DNA of 63,987 nucleotides, counting the filler, from Atractiella rhizophila (Eukaryota), in NCBI GenBank assembly GCA_021432655.1. It is 6 parts of 4 records of this genome, joined end to end, with 100 filler letters (N's around TTAATTAATTAA, not from the genome) between each part and the next. Parts side by side here need not be neighbours in the genome. Positions count along the whole stretch, not along the records: positions 18,291 to 40,352 come from MU271569.1; 5 more parts are not named here. One strand, 5' to 3'. Under the pieces are notes generated by a model that saw only the letters and a program-made list of their open reading frames with translations, had not been told where the DNA came from and did no database searches. This document shows positions 24,193 through 37,810 of the stretch, piece after piece (the stretch's first letter is position 1; the number at the start of each line of letters is the position of its first letter). The position numbers and the translations under genes are program-made.

Positions 24193-27100
24193 ATGTCGAA
24201 AGAAATGGACGTTGATACGACCTTGGATGAGAGCCTTTATTCCCGCCAGCTGTAACTTCGTCATTTGCTCGTTCGGATGACAAGCTGACTTTCTGGTGGC
24301 TAGGTATGTGCTGGGGCACGAAGCGATGAGGAAGATGGCGAATTCCTCGGTTCTAATAATTGGATTATCTGGTCTGGGGGTCGAAATTGCGAAGAATATA
24401 GCTCTGGGAGGTGTCAAGAGCTTGACGATCAAGGACGACAAGAAAGTAGTTGTTCAGGATTTGGGGACTCAGGTGCGCGTCTCTTCTCTTATGGATCGGA
24501 CTAGTGGACGATAAGCCTACCTTGTTGCGTTCCCTCGAATGTAGTTCTTTCTCCGTCAAGAAGATATCGGAAAACCACGAGATCAAGCTTCAGTATCAAG
24601 ATTGAGCGAGCTGAATAGCTATGTCCCTTGCAACGTGCTGTCCGCGCCCGTATCGGAAGAGAGTCTCAAGGGATTTTCGGTATGGAATCCTCACACCATC
24701 CCTCTTGATGCTTATTTCATTCGTAGGTGGTTGTCCTGACTGATTCTACCTACGACGAAGCCCTCAAGGTCGATGAATGGTGCCGAAAGAACAAGCTTGC
24801 TTTTATTTACGCTGAGACGCGTGGACTCTTCGGGTTCGTTCATGCCCTCCTCATGCCTTCTGGGCATGATCTCACCTGGACTCCAGGTCCGTCTTTACCG
24901 ACCTCGGACCGGCTTTCATCTGCACAGATGTTGACGGAGAGCAACCTTTGACCGGTATGGTCACTTCAATTGACACGGTAAATCTTCTCTGTCGTAATAC
25001 TGTAATGAAGAGACTCAAAATTTTATGTTCTCATGTCCATAGGATGAAGTGGGACTTGTGACAACTTTTGATGAGACACGCCATGGATTGTCAGACGGCG
25101 ACTATGTTACCTTCTCTGAGCTTGTTGGGATGGAGAAGCTGAACGAGTCGGAGCCAAGACAGATCACTGTCAAAGGTAGTCATTCTGTCTCTAAGGGGTA
25201 TTAACTCACGTATCGCAGGTCCATATTCCTTCACGATTGGTGACACTACCAATCTGGGCGAATACAAGTCTGGCGGATGGTTTCATCAAGTGAAAATGCC
25301 AAAGACGATTCAATTTGTAAGTATTACTTGTCAGCAAAGACCAGCTATCCTGACGGCGCTGCTAGAAATCTTTGGCAGAATCGACAAAAGAGCCCGAGTT
25401 TGTCATATCCGATTTCGCTAAATTCGAACGCCCCCAAACCCTCCACATCGCCTTTCAAGCTCTCTCCAAGTTTATCTCTCGGCACGGCGCTCTTCCCAAA
25501 CCGAGGAACGAGCAAGATGCTGATCAGCTTCTGTCCATTGCTGAGGATTTGTGGAAATCTGCTGGACTGGAAGGAGAGATCGAAAAGACGACGGTTAAGG
25601 AGTTGGCGTACCAAGCGCGCGGAGAATTGTCACCCATGGCTGCTCTACTAGGAGGTTTTGTCGCTCAAGAAGTCATGAAGGCGGTCTCGGGCAAGTTCCA
25701 TCCTCTGGTCCAACACCTTTACATCGACTCTCTTGAATCGCTGCCCAGCCAACTACCTTCCGAAGAGGACGTTCAACCCCTTGGATCGCGCTATGATGGA
25801 CAGATTCAAGTTTTCGGGAAGACGTTCCAGGAAAAACTTGCGACATCGAAGCAGTTCTTGGTTGGATCCGGCGCGATTGGATGCGAGATGCTCAAGAATT
25901 GGGCGATGATGGGTTTGGGCACGAAGGGTGTGATTCACCTCACCGATATGGATCAAATCGAAAAGAGCAACCTCAATCGTCAGTTCTTGTTCCGGAAGAA
26001 GGATTTGGGAAGCTATAAGTCCCAGGCGGCTGCCAGAGCTGCGGCAGAGATGAACCCTGAACTAGAGGGTAAGATTTTGGCCAAGACGATCGCTGTGGGA
26101 GCAGATACGGAGAGTGAGTTCGAGCCATATCGATCTCCACTGCTCTGACATGTTATAGATGTTTATGACGACGCCTTTTTCGAGTCCCTTAACTTTGTGA
26201 CGAACGCGTTAGACAATGTTGCCGGGAGACAATACATGGATCAGCGCTGTGTCTACTATCAGAAGCCTCTGCTTGAATCTGGAACTCTGGGAACGAAAGC
26301 GAATGTTCAGGTTGTGGTTCCCTTCTTGACAGAGAGCTACTCGAGTTCTCAAGATCCGCCAGAGAAGTCTATCCCTCTTTGTACTCTGAAGGTTTGTTTC
26401 AACCCATTCTATTAGTGAGGTTCTGATATAAGAGCAGAGCTTCCCCAACCAAGTTGAGCACACGATCGCTGTGAGTAACTGTTGCAGACAGACCGATGGA
26501 TACTCAATGTTTCGCTGCAGTGGGCGAAGGAAAAATTCTTGGAATACTTTACCGATCCCGTTCAGGACGTTAACCTCTATCTCTCGCAACCAAACTATCT
26601 TCAATCCATTCAGCAAGGAGGTTCCATAGAACAAAAGTTGACCTCGATCAAGTCGTACCTGGTCGATCATCGTCCATTAACATTCGACCAATGCATTGAA
26701 TGGGCAAGGCTCCAGTTCGAGCATGAGTATGCGAACGAGATTAAACAGCTCCTTTACAGTCTTCCTAAAGATCTGGTAGGTTTTGTGCTATTAGAGTTAC
26801 GAGTGGAAGTTAATGGACGCGAATCTAGATCACCAAGGAAGGCAACAAGTTCTGGTCCGGGCCAAAGCGCGCTCCCGACGTGCTTCAATTCGACCTCAAC
26901 GATGTTTGTGCTTAGTTTAGATGAATTACCTTCGCTGACTACTCGACCTCACAGCCTACTCACTTCGAGTACCTCGTTGCCGCCTCCAACCTGCGCGCTT
27001 TCAACTACGGTCTGACAGGTTCGAAAGACCCAGCTGTTTTCAAAAAAGTCGTCGACACAATGACGATCCCTGTGTTTACACCCAAGAGTGGGGTCGTGAT

Positions 27101-28058
27101 TCAGACAAAGGACGATGAACCTGTCGAGAGCGGGTCAGGAACAGGTACGATCTACCCTTAAGAGCTCATCAACGTCCTGACCTGTCGCTGCAGCTGAAGT
27201 CCCTGTAGAGACCCCAGATGTGAACGAGCTCGTAGCTGCCCTTCCTGAACCTTCGTCACTGGTTGGCTTCAGACTTCACCCAGTAGAGTTTGAGAAGGAC
27301 GACGACACAAACTTCCACATGGACTTTATCACTGCTGCCTCCAACCTCCGAGCGATCAATTATGGCATTGGCATCGCCGATAAACATAAGACTAAGCTTG
27401 TCGCTGGAAAGATTATCCCCGCTATCGCTACTACTACGGCGCTGGCAACTGGCCTAGTTTGCCTGGAGCTTTACAAGTTTCTAGATGGAAAGAACAAGCT
27501 GGAGGATTACAAGAACGGCTTCGTCAATTTGGCGCTTCCTTTCTTCGGATTCTCAGAGCCCATTGCTGCAAAGAAGAACAAGGTTAGTTTTGGTCCTTCA
27601 GAGGGGATCCTTGTCTCATTCCTGGCCGGCAGTACAACGATGTTGAATGGTCTCTCTGGGATCGTTTCGAGATCAAGGGAGATGTGACCCTGGCGGAGTT
27701 GATTAAGATCTTCGCAGATAAGCACGAGCTTGAAGTCACGATGATGAGCAGCGGAGTATCAATGCTTTACGCCATGTTCATGCCCAAGGCAAAGAAGGAA
27801 GATCGGTTGAAGATGAAGTCCGTTAATTTCATTCCTCCAGTATGGCTAGTATTGATGCTGACGATTTTAGGATGAGTGAACTCGTAGAAAGTGTGGGTAG
27901 AAAACCCATTCCACCACATGTCAAGGCTATCACAGTCGAGATAATGGCCGATGGAAGGGATGGTGAGGACGTTGAGGTGCGTGTTAAGACTCACACTCTC
28001 ACCTTGGATGTACTGATGCTCGCCCCAGGTCCCTTTCATCAAAGTGTACATTCGATAG
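24193..28058 (+). CDS. UBA1: Ubiquitin-activating enzyme E1
   Basis: [51 protein letters not shown]; catalytic [28 protein letters not shown]. Confidence 0.97.
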
Positions 28059-28201
28059 AACAAATCCTAAATTGTGCTTCATACAACAAACACTCAATCA
28101 TGTAATGTTACACTCTACATTCTTTGTTTTGTCAAGGAAATAAATGAACAAATATGTCAATGAATCCCATTCATGTTTAACTGCTCCTTGATGGCTGATT
28201 A

Positions 28202-29605
28202 TCACGCTTCCTTTGGAAGGTTCAATCGATTCCTGAGGCCATTCATAGATAATATCTCATCCTTCATTCCGTTCAACTCATCTAGATCCCAAGTTGCGTT
28301 CACGAAGCGACCGTTTAGCCAATCGTGCTTTCCGCTCGTCAGGCGTATAATCGTGCCTACAGGTCCACATGGTCATCCTGTACAACAATAACGAGGAAGA
28401 GATCATACCGGCTGCCAGTTCTAAGGTGTCAATTAGAAAAGCTTGGATCGCAGGGGTAGCAGCAGCAAGCCCCGTCCTTCCCCACCAACAAGAGTAAGCA
28501 TCGACGAAGTCTTTAGTAGTTTGGTAGGAATGGATGGAAAAAAGGAGGGTAAGACTTACTTGATTGCACCCGGATGAAGAACTATTGCTTTTACGTCGTC
28601 TCCGTATTCGAGAGGGAAGAACTCGATGAATCGGTTGAGTGCATGCTTGGACGTCTGATATGCGCTCCGGCCTTCATCCCATCCAAAAGAAATGTGAACT
28701 CATCACGCTTGTAGAAAGGGCTATGATGAACAGACGAACCGATCCATCGGTTTTGCGCCGCTAGGCTGCCCACGCAGATAAAGTAACCTACCGCACCCAG
28801 TCGTCGATTAATCCTGATGCATGATGGTGACATTGAATGCGAAGAGCACCTACCTTTTGTTTTCAACAGATGTGGGATTGTGTGATGCGCAACCACATAA
28901 TTCGCTAAGGGAGAGGTGTCAGATTTGCCTTCAACTGGTGACAGCAACAGGACTTCGTACATTTTACGTTTGCTTCCCAAACACTCCACCATTCCTACAT
29001 TAGCTAATCTGTCACTTGTCCAAAGCCCAAAGAGTTATCGACGCACGTCTGGGTCCATATCCGCAACTGACAACGTCATCAACATAAGAGACAGCGTTAA
29101 TGAGGAAAAGACGCACTCTTCGTGGGGACATGATTAGCACCAGCGTTGCTGATACATCGTTAAGCCAGAAGTCCAAGTGGATGAGCACACCCACCTCACC
29201 ACGACATCGATCTTACCAAATCTCTCGACACATTCCTGCACAGCCCGCTTCACCTCATCGCTCTTTGTTACATCCGTCCTCTGCGTTACGACCTGTACGC
29301 CATCGGCTGATCCTTCGATTTCCTTTTTGGCGTCTTCGAGGGAGTCCTCGTTGCGTGCGAGGAGAACAACGGCCGAGCAACCCGCACGGGCAAAAGCAAG
29401 CGCTGTAGCTCTTCCTATCCCTCTTCACCAATCGATCAGAAATGCAGCCCGTCTGATCGAGCCAGCAAGGCAGCAAGAACGGTGCTCACTTGGATGCTCC
29501 TGTGACGAGAACAACACGTCCTGTCTGCCGGTGATTTTCTAAGGCAATTCCTGGGTACACATCGTGATGTTTCGTGATAGCTAGGTCTTCAACAAACGTG
29601 GCCAT
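28202..29605 (-). CDS. Short-chain dehydrogenase/reductase (classical SDR)
   Basis: VVLVTGASK|GIGRATALAFARAG; LINNAG; catalytic YQTSK; HPG motif; many short introns. Confidence 0.88.
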
Positions 29606-30737
29606 ATTGCAAAAGATGTAGATGGGCCAAAATGCGAAAGGGGTTTAGATGGCGGTTTGCAGTTCATTACCTCACTTTCAGTTTATGGCCGAGGAAGATG
29701 TCGAATCAGGCGGAATACTGCCAGGGATAGTGGCTAGTAGTAATCACTCCCTTTGCCTACGAGCTCCAGCTCGAGACTCGGGAACCCTCTGTAGGAAGCA
29801 GGACCTCCCGGCGTGCACACTGCAAAGGGGAAACCGACAGATGCGCACTGCGCACTCCTTTGAATTTCCCTTTCCTTACTAGTTGTGGCTGAGGAAGCGT
29901 GCATGAACTTGGTGATCATCGCGCTCCCTTCAGCATTATTACTTATTTCAATACCCAGCAGCCAGAGAACCAATGAAGAAATATCCTCGAAGGAAGGGTC
30001 GCCTTACATTGCTCAATTTCCTGCTGATTTCATCTTCGTCCATCGGGAAGGAAAGGAGAGTCACGTGCGAGCAACTTCAGTCCACGAACGTCTCTCCCGC
30101 TGTGCTCAATACTTCTCCTAGCTCTGCCTTTAAAAGCCAGCCCGAAGTTTCACGCATCCTACGACCTCCACTCTTGCTGTTTCATTCACTTTTACCTTAG
30201 CTCTCCGTCGCTCGATGTGCATCGCCTAACGGAGGGGATTCACAGCTCTTCCTCAACAGACATTCTGTTCAGAAGTTCACCAAGAAGAAACCATATTACA
30301 CAAACTGTTCAGTGGGGCGTTGAAGCTTGATTCAAGCGGGTAGCGTGGCGCGACACAGAAACATATCCGTATGTTGCTCTTTTGTCAAGCGACAAAAAAA
30401 AAAAAAAAATACTGTGCATTATCCCGTTCCATCTGCTTCAGGCATGAAATGGACCCTGAGGTCAGCAATGGAGCTGGAAGAATTCCAGTTCTAAGGAGTT
30501 GGCTAGAAATTACATTGAATGTATTGATGCTTGCATGTGAAATGTATGACAATTTAAACAAGAGGGGAGGCAAGAGTCTCCAACAGGAAACATGACATTG
30601 CCCTCTAGTTGCTTATCTGTAATGCTAACAATTTTGGGGTAGCAGTATCTTCCCAAGTTGCGGACTTTGACTTTAACATCAATCTCTCCTACGGTCACGC
30701 TTGCACCGCGGTTATTCTCACAGACTTCCACTGTTCC

Positions 30738-32018
30738 ATGATGCAAGACTCCCAACCAGGCCCACCGTTTCCTTCGTTAACCGGCATCGGCTCTACACTT
30801 TCCTCTTCTTCTCCAGTCCGACTCATTATCAGAGTGTACGACCTCCTGCCTCCTTCCACCCTCGGCACCTTGCTCAATTTCTCCGGTTTCGGAATACATC
30901 ACACGGCTATCCTGTTTCCAGGGATGGTCCCACCTTTGGAATTTGCTTATGGCGGACACGACGAGGATTTCACGGGTGTGTTCGTGACTGGACCCTATGG
31001 AAGTGGAGGGGCGATGAAATTAAGGTGGTATATGGATTTGGAGGTTGGGGAATGTTTCGGAGAGCAGTGGGAGAAGGAGTTTGGGAGAGGAGGGAAGAAT
31101 CTGAAGAGGAAGAGAAGTTTGGACCGTGGGGAAGAGGGAAAGGAAGTGAAGGGATTGAGGAAGTTGGGGAACCGTAATGAGGCTAATTCGACTTCAAACC
31201 TCATTTCAGGTTCGGAAGGACCAACTCAGTCCCCTCCACAACGAGCAGACTCACTACTCCCTCCTTCACGCCAGAATACAACTTCTTCAACCGCCGACTC
31301 ATACGACTATCCCCATCGCTCCTTCACAGACGTACCGATGTCTAACTTTGTGCTCGACTCTACTGAGTCTCTTGACGACGTCGACGAATGGGGGAGCAAG
31401 AGACGACTCTCTACCCTCACCACTGGCACCACAAGGACAAACACAACAGCTTCATCCGTGCACTCGACCGCTCCTTTGACGAATGGCGCTTCGAGCGAAC
31501 GGTACGGAGAAGACGAGGGAGGGTGGGAGGATGAACTGCCCACGAAGGGAATGGAGGGGTTGAAGAGGGCTCTAAAGGTTGTGGAGGGAATGAGGAGTGA
31601 GGAGAGGTGGAGAGGGAACAGATACGAGTTGTTGACCAAGTTTGTTCCTCCTTCCTGATTCCCACAAAAGTTGATGAGTTGAGATTAGTAACTGTAATAC
31701 GTTTACATCCGAGCTCGCTTACAAGCTAACTGGCCGTCGTGCACCTGGTTGGCTCAATCGTGCGTTGTTTCTCCTTCTTTCAAGTTTAGCATTGAACACG
31801 AGAATTTGACAACAGGAGCCGCCTGGTTCGGCAAATCTTTTCCATGCCTAGTCCCTGCCGACTGGATTGAACCTCCGCCAGCTGCCTCTGCGGCGCCGAC
31901 AACGCATGAGAGAGATACAGAGGTCGTGAATGTGAGCTATGACGAGAGGAAGAAGGACAGGATGACGGTGGAGGCGAGTCGAGTCGAGATGGTACCTCTG
32001 AGTCCATCGACGACTTGA
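30738..32018 (+). CDS. PPPDE/DeSI family deubiquitinase/deSUMOylase
   Basis: VYDL...GIHHT (catalytic His)...EFAYGGH; YELLTK|NCNTF (catalytic Cys); PGWLN|RAA; long low-complexity insert. Confidence 0.88.
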
Positions 32019-32692
32019 ACGGGATGGAGCCAGCGTGGATATCTATTTAATACCACTTCCATTATCATGATGTTAAATTGTCTGAGTTGTTTATTTTTGC
32101 GCCATTGAGGATTTGGATACCCTTTGTTCACGGTTCACTATGTTTGTGTAACTTGCTTCCCTTGAAATGTTGTGCATAGCTCTTTGATGTTTTAAACCAT
32201 GTGCAGGCGGACCTTGGAATTCTGAGAGAAGAAACAACAACTAGATCATTGCACATTGTGGACACTGACACTGAAAGATGAGACACTTCCTGCAACGTAG
32301 ACTTGTTGGACAAATCAACATGATCAGTGGAAAGAAAGAAAAAGATTGCAAACTAGAAGTAAGGAGACTCAAACCCTCAGGCAGTTCGAGAATGGTGAAG
32401 AGGAAAAGGGAATGAAGGAAAGGGAGTCCTGAATATGTCAGGTCTAAATCACAACATGAGATGAGGTATTCCGAGTGCTAGATGGGGTGAGAGATCGATG
32501 GCATAACGTGGTATGACAAGACAGAAACACGAGGGTAAAGTGTCTGTAGCGACATGAAGAAAACATAGGACGAAAAAATGTGAATGTCAGTCGAAGAAGA
32601 ACGACGAGTTGTGTAGATGCGAACAGATGACGACGAAAGGCGGAATGCGAACGATAACGCGACGATGCGACTGTCTTCATTTTCGACGGAAT

Positions 32693-34497
32693 CTACCTCC
32701 TCAGCCCCCTGCGCCTCATTGTCCCTTTCCCTCTGAAAGGTGATGGCGCCTTCTCTTCATTCCTGCTCGATTCCGCGATGGCAGACGCATCTATGTCCAC
32801 TCTCTTCTTCTTCTCCAACTTTGTATCGCGAAAAGGATCCAGCCTCGGGACTCCGACACCATTCGATCGTATGATCTCTTTCTCCTGAATGATGCACTTG
32901 GTTTCGACGCCATGATAGACCGGTTCCTCCCCCGCCCTCTTCCTCAATACTTCCTTCCTCATCTTGGCAAAGGCCGTATTCCACTCCTCGAGTTCTTCAA
33001 GGGCAAACCGTAAGCTGTCGAGTTTGTTGACCAGCTCAATGGTAGCACTACAGATGGAAGAGGCAGAATAGAGGTCAGAAGAGGCCAACGCCCACTCCCG
33101 GAATTTGTACGCTGTCGAGTCGACATCGAAAGAGAAGGCGATAATGAAGAGGTGGAGGAAGAGGAAATGAGGGGAGTAGGGAAGTGGGGTAGGGAGGCCG
33201 TCAGGAGAATGGAAGCGATGTAGCCGGTGGAGGAGGGATAAGGTGTGAAATACCGTAGCGCGGGGTGTTGGGAAGCTAGTGATGATTTGATGCTAGAGGA
33301 CCAGTGAATAATTGTCTCTAAGGGAGAGAGAACAACTCACGATGTAATGTTGGAGGGAAGGCAAATCGGTGCCTTTATTCATCACCGCTTTCCCTTCACT
33401 ATCCAACTCCACTTCGGGTTCTTTGTAGTGCACGAACGCTAACAGTTCTGCCTTCACGAACGAAGCGAGATCCGCTTGCTCCTGAAGATCAGAACCTAAT
33501 CGCGTATCGTCCCTACTACCTTCCTCGGCGGGTATACATCCTGATACTCGAACTCTCCTCCTCGCCCTCCTCGGGAGTGGAACAGTCGGTTTATCTTGTT
33601 CTTGCTCTTGCTCTTTCATCACACCTTTTGACGATGAGGCGACGGGAAAGAACAAAATGATAGGCTGGAGAATGGCGGGTCTACGAGCACCTGCAGTGCG
33701 GCGTCGACGTGAGATAAGAGGCTTGGTGATAGCCGATAGGCTGGAGGCAATAGTTCGTCGTTTCTTCACATCCCTAGTGGTCTCTACGGCCGGTGTCGAC
33801 GCTGCGTCTTCTTCAAACTCGGCGGCCTTTCTTTTCCTGACGATCGAATGATAGCCCGAATCCTCTGAACTCTTTCGCTTCATCAAAACGGAACGGCTAC
33901 GTCGCGGCCGGATGGAAGGTGCAGCGCTGGATTCCGCTGTACTCGATTCATTGTAAAGCTGGGGAGAGCTTGTAACCGAGGTCATCTGGGTATCGTCGGT
34001 GTCGGTCCTCGCCAAGGTCGAAAAGTAGGAAAAGCCGCCGTTCGATGCCAGGGTGTCGTCGTCAGATGCGGAAGGGTGGGACATCCCCTCGTCGTCGGAT
34101 TCAAGGAGAGAAAGCTGGGAAAAGCATTTCGCCAGGTCCAGCACCTCTATTCCTGAGGAGGTATTCACGGGATCTTGATTATCGTCGATGGACAGAGGGG
34201 AATAAGGTAGAGATATGGCTACAAAGCAAAATTAGCACTTGTTCAATCTCTCAACGGAATGCAGAGAATGGAATGTTTCCTCTGCAATCCAACCACCAAT
34301 CTAGCAGATGATAAAGGATACTCACCATGCTTCGACACCTTCCCGCTCCTTGCCTCTTCCTTTTTCTGCTTCTTGAGCAAAACCTTTCTGTCCTTCTGAT
34401 CATCCTTCTTCAGTGTCCATAACTCTTGCACTCCGCCCAACAACGATGTAAACTTTGACTTGCTAGTCTTGAACGATTTAAGAGGATCGAAAGGCAT
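32693..34497 (-). CDS. Hypothetical protein with a divergent Pcl/Pho80-like cyclin box near the C-terminus
   Basis: Three exons join in frame. PSLQHYI|HQIITSFPTPRATVFHTLSLLHRL...PHFLFLHLFIIAFSFDVDSTAYKFREW resembles Pcl cyclin helices. Confidence 0.5.
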
Positions 34498-35353
34498 CCT
34501 TCGCAATTTCGCTGCCACAATCAGTCTTGGTCGTTCGTAAATTCGCTTGCGAACCGTCCAATCAGTTGAGAAAAACGCAAAGGAAAAGAAAGTCCGGAAG
34601 GGTTGGAGGAGTTTGCTGTTCAGATGATCGGATGTGTATGCAAGATTGGTGGGACCTATTTGCCCCAAATAACCGAAAGAAATCGATAAGGCAGCAGCAG
34701 TTTGGAAATGTTAGACGAAGCGTTGAGGTTTATAGCCCCTCAAAGGCTCACAAAGCCCTTGTCGGCAGCTTTGGGACCTTGTGTGGTGGTGGTTGAGTTT
34801 GAGGACAAGGCGAGGCTTGTTGAAAACGATGATCGTGACTCAGCGAATTAAAGTTGGCTATTGGCCAGCCGATATCATGGTGGTAAAGAAAGAGAGCGCC
34901 AAGGAGGGCAAAGAAAGAAGTAGAGAGGCAAAAGGTTTACGGGATTCAAATATTGAGCAAGGATTCATGGTGTGACGTTGATTTGTTGTTTCTTCCCAGA
35001 TACTGTCAATTCTCTTATCCCAAAGTTCCAGCCAAGCCAAGATAATCCAAAATTCTGTGCAATTCGGTATACATGGCGAAGGTGGCGAAGGTTAGACTGA
35101 GATATTTGACGGAGGTTGAAAATTTGGTAAATCATGTGGCTTTTTATGTCGTCCAGTTGATGTGCAAGTCTTACTACTTAGATCCCTGCTCTGGTTATGT
35201 AAAAATTATAATCTGACGATGATAATGTTCTGTCGGTTTTTATTCTACGTTCATTTTCGGCCATTTAGGCTGCACTAAATATTAAGGATTAGGTTGATGA
35301 TACGAGTGTACATGCTGAGAATGGGAGCAAAGAATAACTGAGAGTGGATGGCG

Positions 35354-36705
35354 TTAGAAATACTTGCTCCGAACAATATGTTCCGCTTCCTTCTTCACTG
35401 TCACCTTTTCACCTTGTTGTTCACCTAACAACTCATGTTCTTCTTCCTCCTTCACTCTCTCCTCTCGCTCCACCTCAATCTTTACTTGCGGCCCGTTTTT
35501 CTCTTCTTCTGGCTCGAGCTTGAGCTTGGTTTCTTGCATGATGACTACCACCTTTTTCTTTCGCTTCTTCTCATCCTGTCGACTGGGACACAATCCTTGG
35601 TCACCTACCGCACATTCTCCACATTTTGGGCCAACAGGGAGGCATATTTTTTGCCCTGTAGGGGCTAGTATCAACACACAATCTGAGTAGATAAGAGGCA
35701 ATGCTCACCAAAACCAACAAGCATTTTGTTGATGTGCGGATGTAATTCTTTGGGAAGCCATGATTCAAGGTTGAGACGCGTCTTCTCAGGGTCGGTAGTT
35801 GGAGGTTTGTGCCATCCTAAGCGATTAGTTATCCGATGTACCTATGTCTATCTCAAATTTTCCTCTCGCTATAGAAGTAGCAGAAGAACTGACATGTGTG
35901 TCTACTCCTATTCCAAGATTTAACTTCCAAGCGGATTGCAGGCAGAGCTGTTCGAGATTCTTAGATAATCGTTCACAGGCATCGAAATAGACTCGCAAAT
36001 GCCATCTTAGGTCCCACTCCAGGCAGAGAGACAAGTTCTTCCACTGTTTTTGGGACCTCTCCTTCGAATTTGTCCTTGAGCATTTGAGCTACGCCTTTCA
36101 TGTATCCAGCCTTCCGCCTCCAAAATCCAACCTTGTTGATACACGCCGCAAGGTCTTCTTCCGGTGTTAAGAGAACAGACTCGAGACAGAGCCCATTGGG
36201 AAGAGTGCGAATGAGGTTTGCGATCGCGGCAGCCGTTACTTCGTCTTTTGTTTGGGAGGACAGAAGTAGAGATATTCTGACTCAACAAAGAAATGTCAGC
36301 AGTGGGGGGGTGAGATGTTTCTAAAGAGATGAAAGCGCACAGTTTCCGAAATCGCATATCCTTCTCCATTTGTCAGCAATGAAAATTGTGGCTCGACAGG
36401 CGTACTCTTTCGCTCGCTACCTCTCCCTCAACGACTCCCGCCCGCTCACATCCCATAGTGTCAACAGGGGCCACAATGCCTTCCCTTTGCACTCTGATAA
36501 GTTCGTAGACCTCTCGCCATCTTTCGGGCTCAGGATGCGGTGTCGCGAGCGAGAGAACGATCTTCGGCTTCTTTGCTGATTTGGTAGGCGAGGCAGCACT
36601 CGGAGCGCGCCGCTTCTTGGGCTTCACTGGAGGAGGTGATGGAGAAGATAAGGGGGAAGAAGCCGAGCTAGTTGAACGCGTTAATCCAGCACCGTTGGAA
36701 GCCAT
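35354..36705 (-). CDS. NTH1: Endonuclease III-like DNA glycosylase/AP lyase
   Basis: [19 protein letters not shown]; HhH motif [19 protein letters not shown]; [4Fe-4S] motif [20 protein letters not shown]. Confidence 0.94.
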
Positions 36706-36827
36706 TCGTCAAATGTCTCAAGTTAAACTTCCCATGACTCTTTCCGGACGGGCGGTGGGAAGTGTGACGCAACGTCTCCTTTTCAATCAAGAGCAGTCCA
36801 ACCGCGAACTTACACTTGAGATCACGA

Positions 36828-37433
36828 ATGGCAGGGAACAGCGGCCTCAATTTTGCGCCATATTCTGACCCTCCAGATATCTCTTCAACCTCGAAAACCC
36901 CATTCTTAACGAGTCAGAAGCGTCCCGCTTGGTTCGCATCGAGTTCGCAACAGACCCTTCCCACCGCTTATTCGGGCTATCACTCTGGTGGAGGGGTACC
37001 GAATGCACAGTTTGGAAATGGCGAAGCGGCGGATGCTTGGGAGACGAGGTTTGGTTGGCGGATTGATGTGGAAAGTGGCGTTGCGTACATAGGTGGGGTC
37101 ATCACAGGTGGGTTTCTCTAATCCTGAGGCACGCACGGGTGTTCATTATGCTTCTCTCTTGGTGTAGCTATTCCGCTACTTATTCTGGAGACCCATTCTT
37201 CACACGTCCGATTTCACGCCTACCAATCCCTCCTGCTGGACATCATCATACTTTCTCTTCACGCTTTCTTCCTCCTTATATTCCCAAAGTGGTTTCAATA
37301 CCTCCTTATCCCTTGCGATATTGCAGCCGTGGTGTATCTTGCGAGAAGAGCATTCAAAGAAGCACCGGACTTGGAAAAGTTTAGACTGCCGATCATTGGG
37401 GATTTAGCTGAGCGGTGGGTCGAAGAGGAGTGA
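36828..37433 (+). CDS. Small multi-pass membrane protein (UPF0132/DUF4870-like)
   Basis: WETRFGWRIDVESGVAY...LLILETHSSHVRFHAYQS...FRLPIIGDLAERWVEEE; one intron. Confidence 0.7.
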
Positions 37434-37810
37434 TATCTTTAAGCTGTAATGGGTAAATTATGAGTTGAGTCTTTGTTTTATGTTGGGAGACTTGTAATGC
37501 ATCGTGGTGTTGTTCGTGTGTTCTCCTTAGACACTTTCCTTTTCATTTAAGCTCAGGACGACTTCATTCCATTCCCATTCACCGCAATGCATTGTAATGT
37601 GTCCTCAGCAGCTCTTGACATCTGTCATGCCTCTCAGAACTTACGGGACACCATGATGCGTTCAATCTGCACTAAGTGATGTGCTTTAAAATGTTCTCAA
37701 CGACAACCCTTGACATAGAGACGTACGGACTGCTGAGCTCATTCTTCACAAGTTAGATATGATTCACCACTCCGTGGTCCCGGAAAACAGAGGAAGACCT
37801 GACTAGTGGA

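Noticed and set aside
29640..30420. Short ORFs and a long poly(A) run upstream of the SDR
   Set aside because: No coherent spliced gene or target-site duplication could be built.
37650..37740. ATGATGC...CTGA, a possible C/D snoRNA
   Set aside because: Imperfect C box, no terminal stem and no recognisable rRNA guide.
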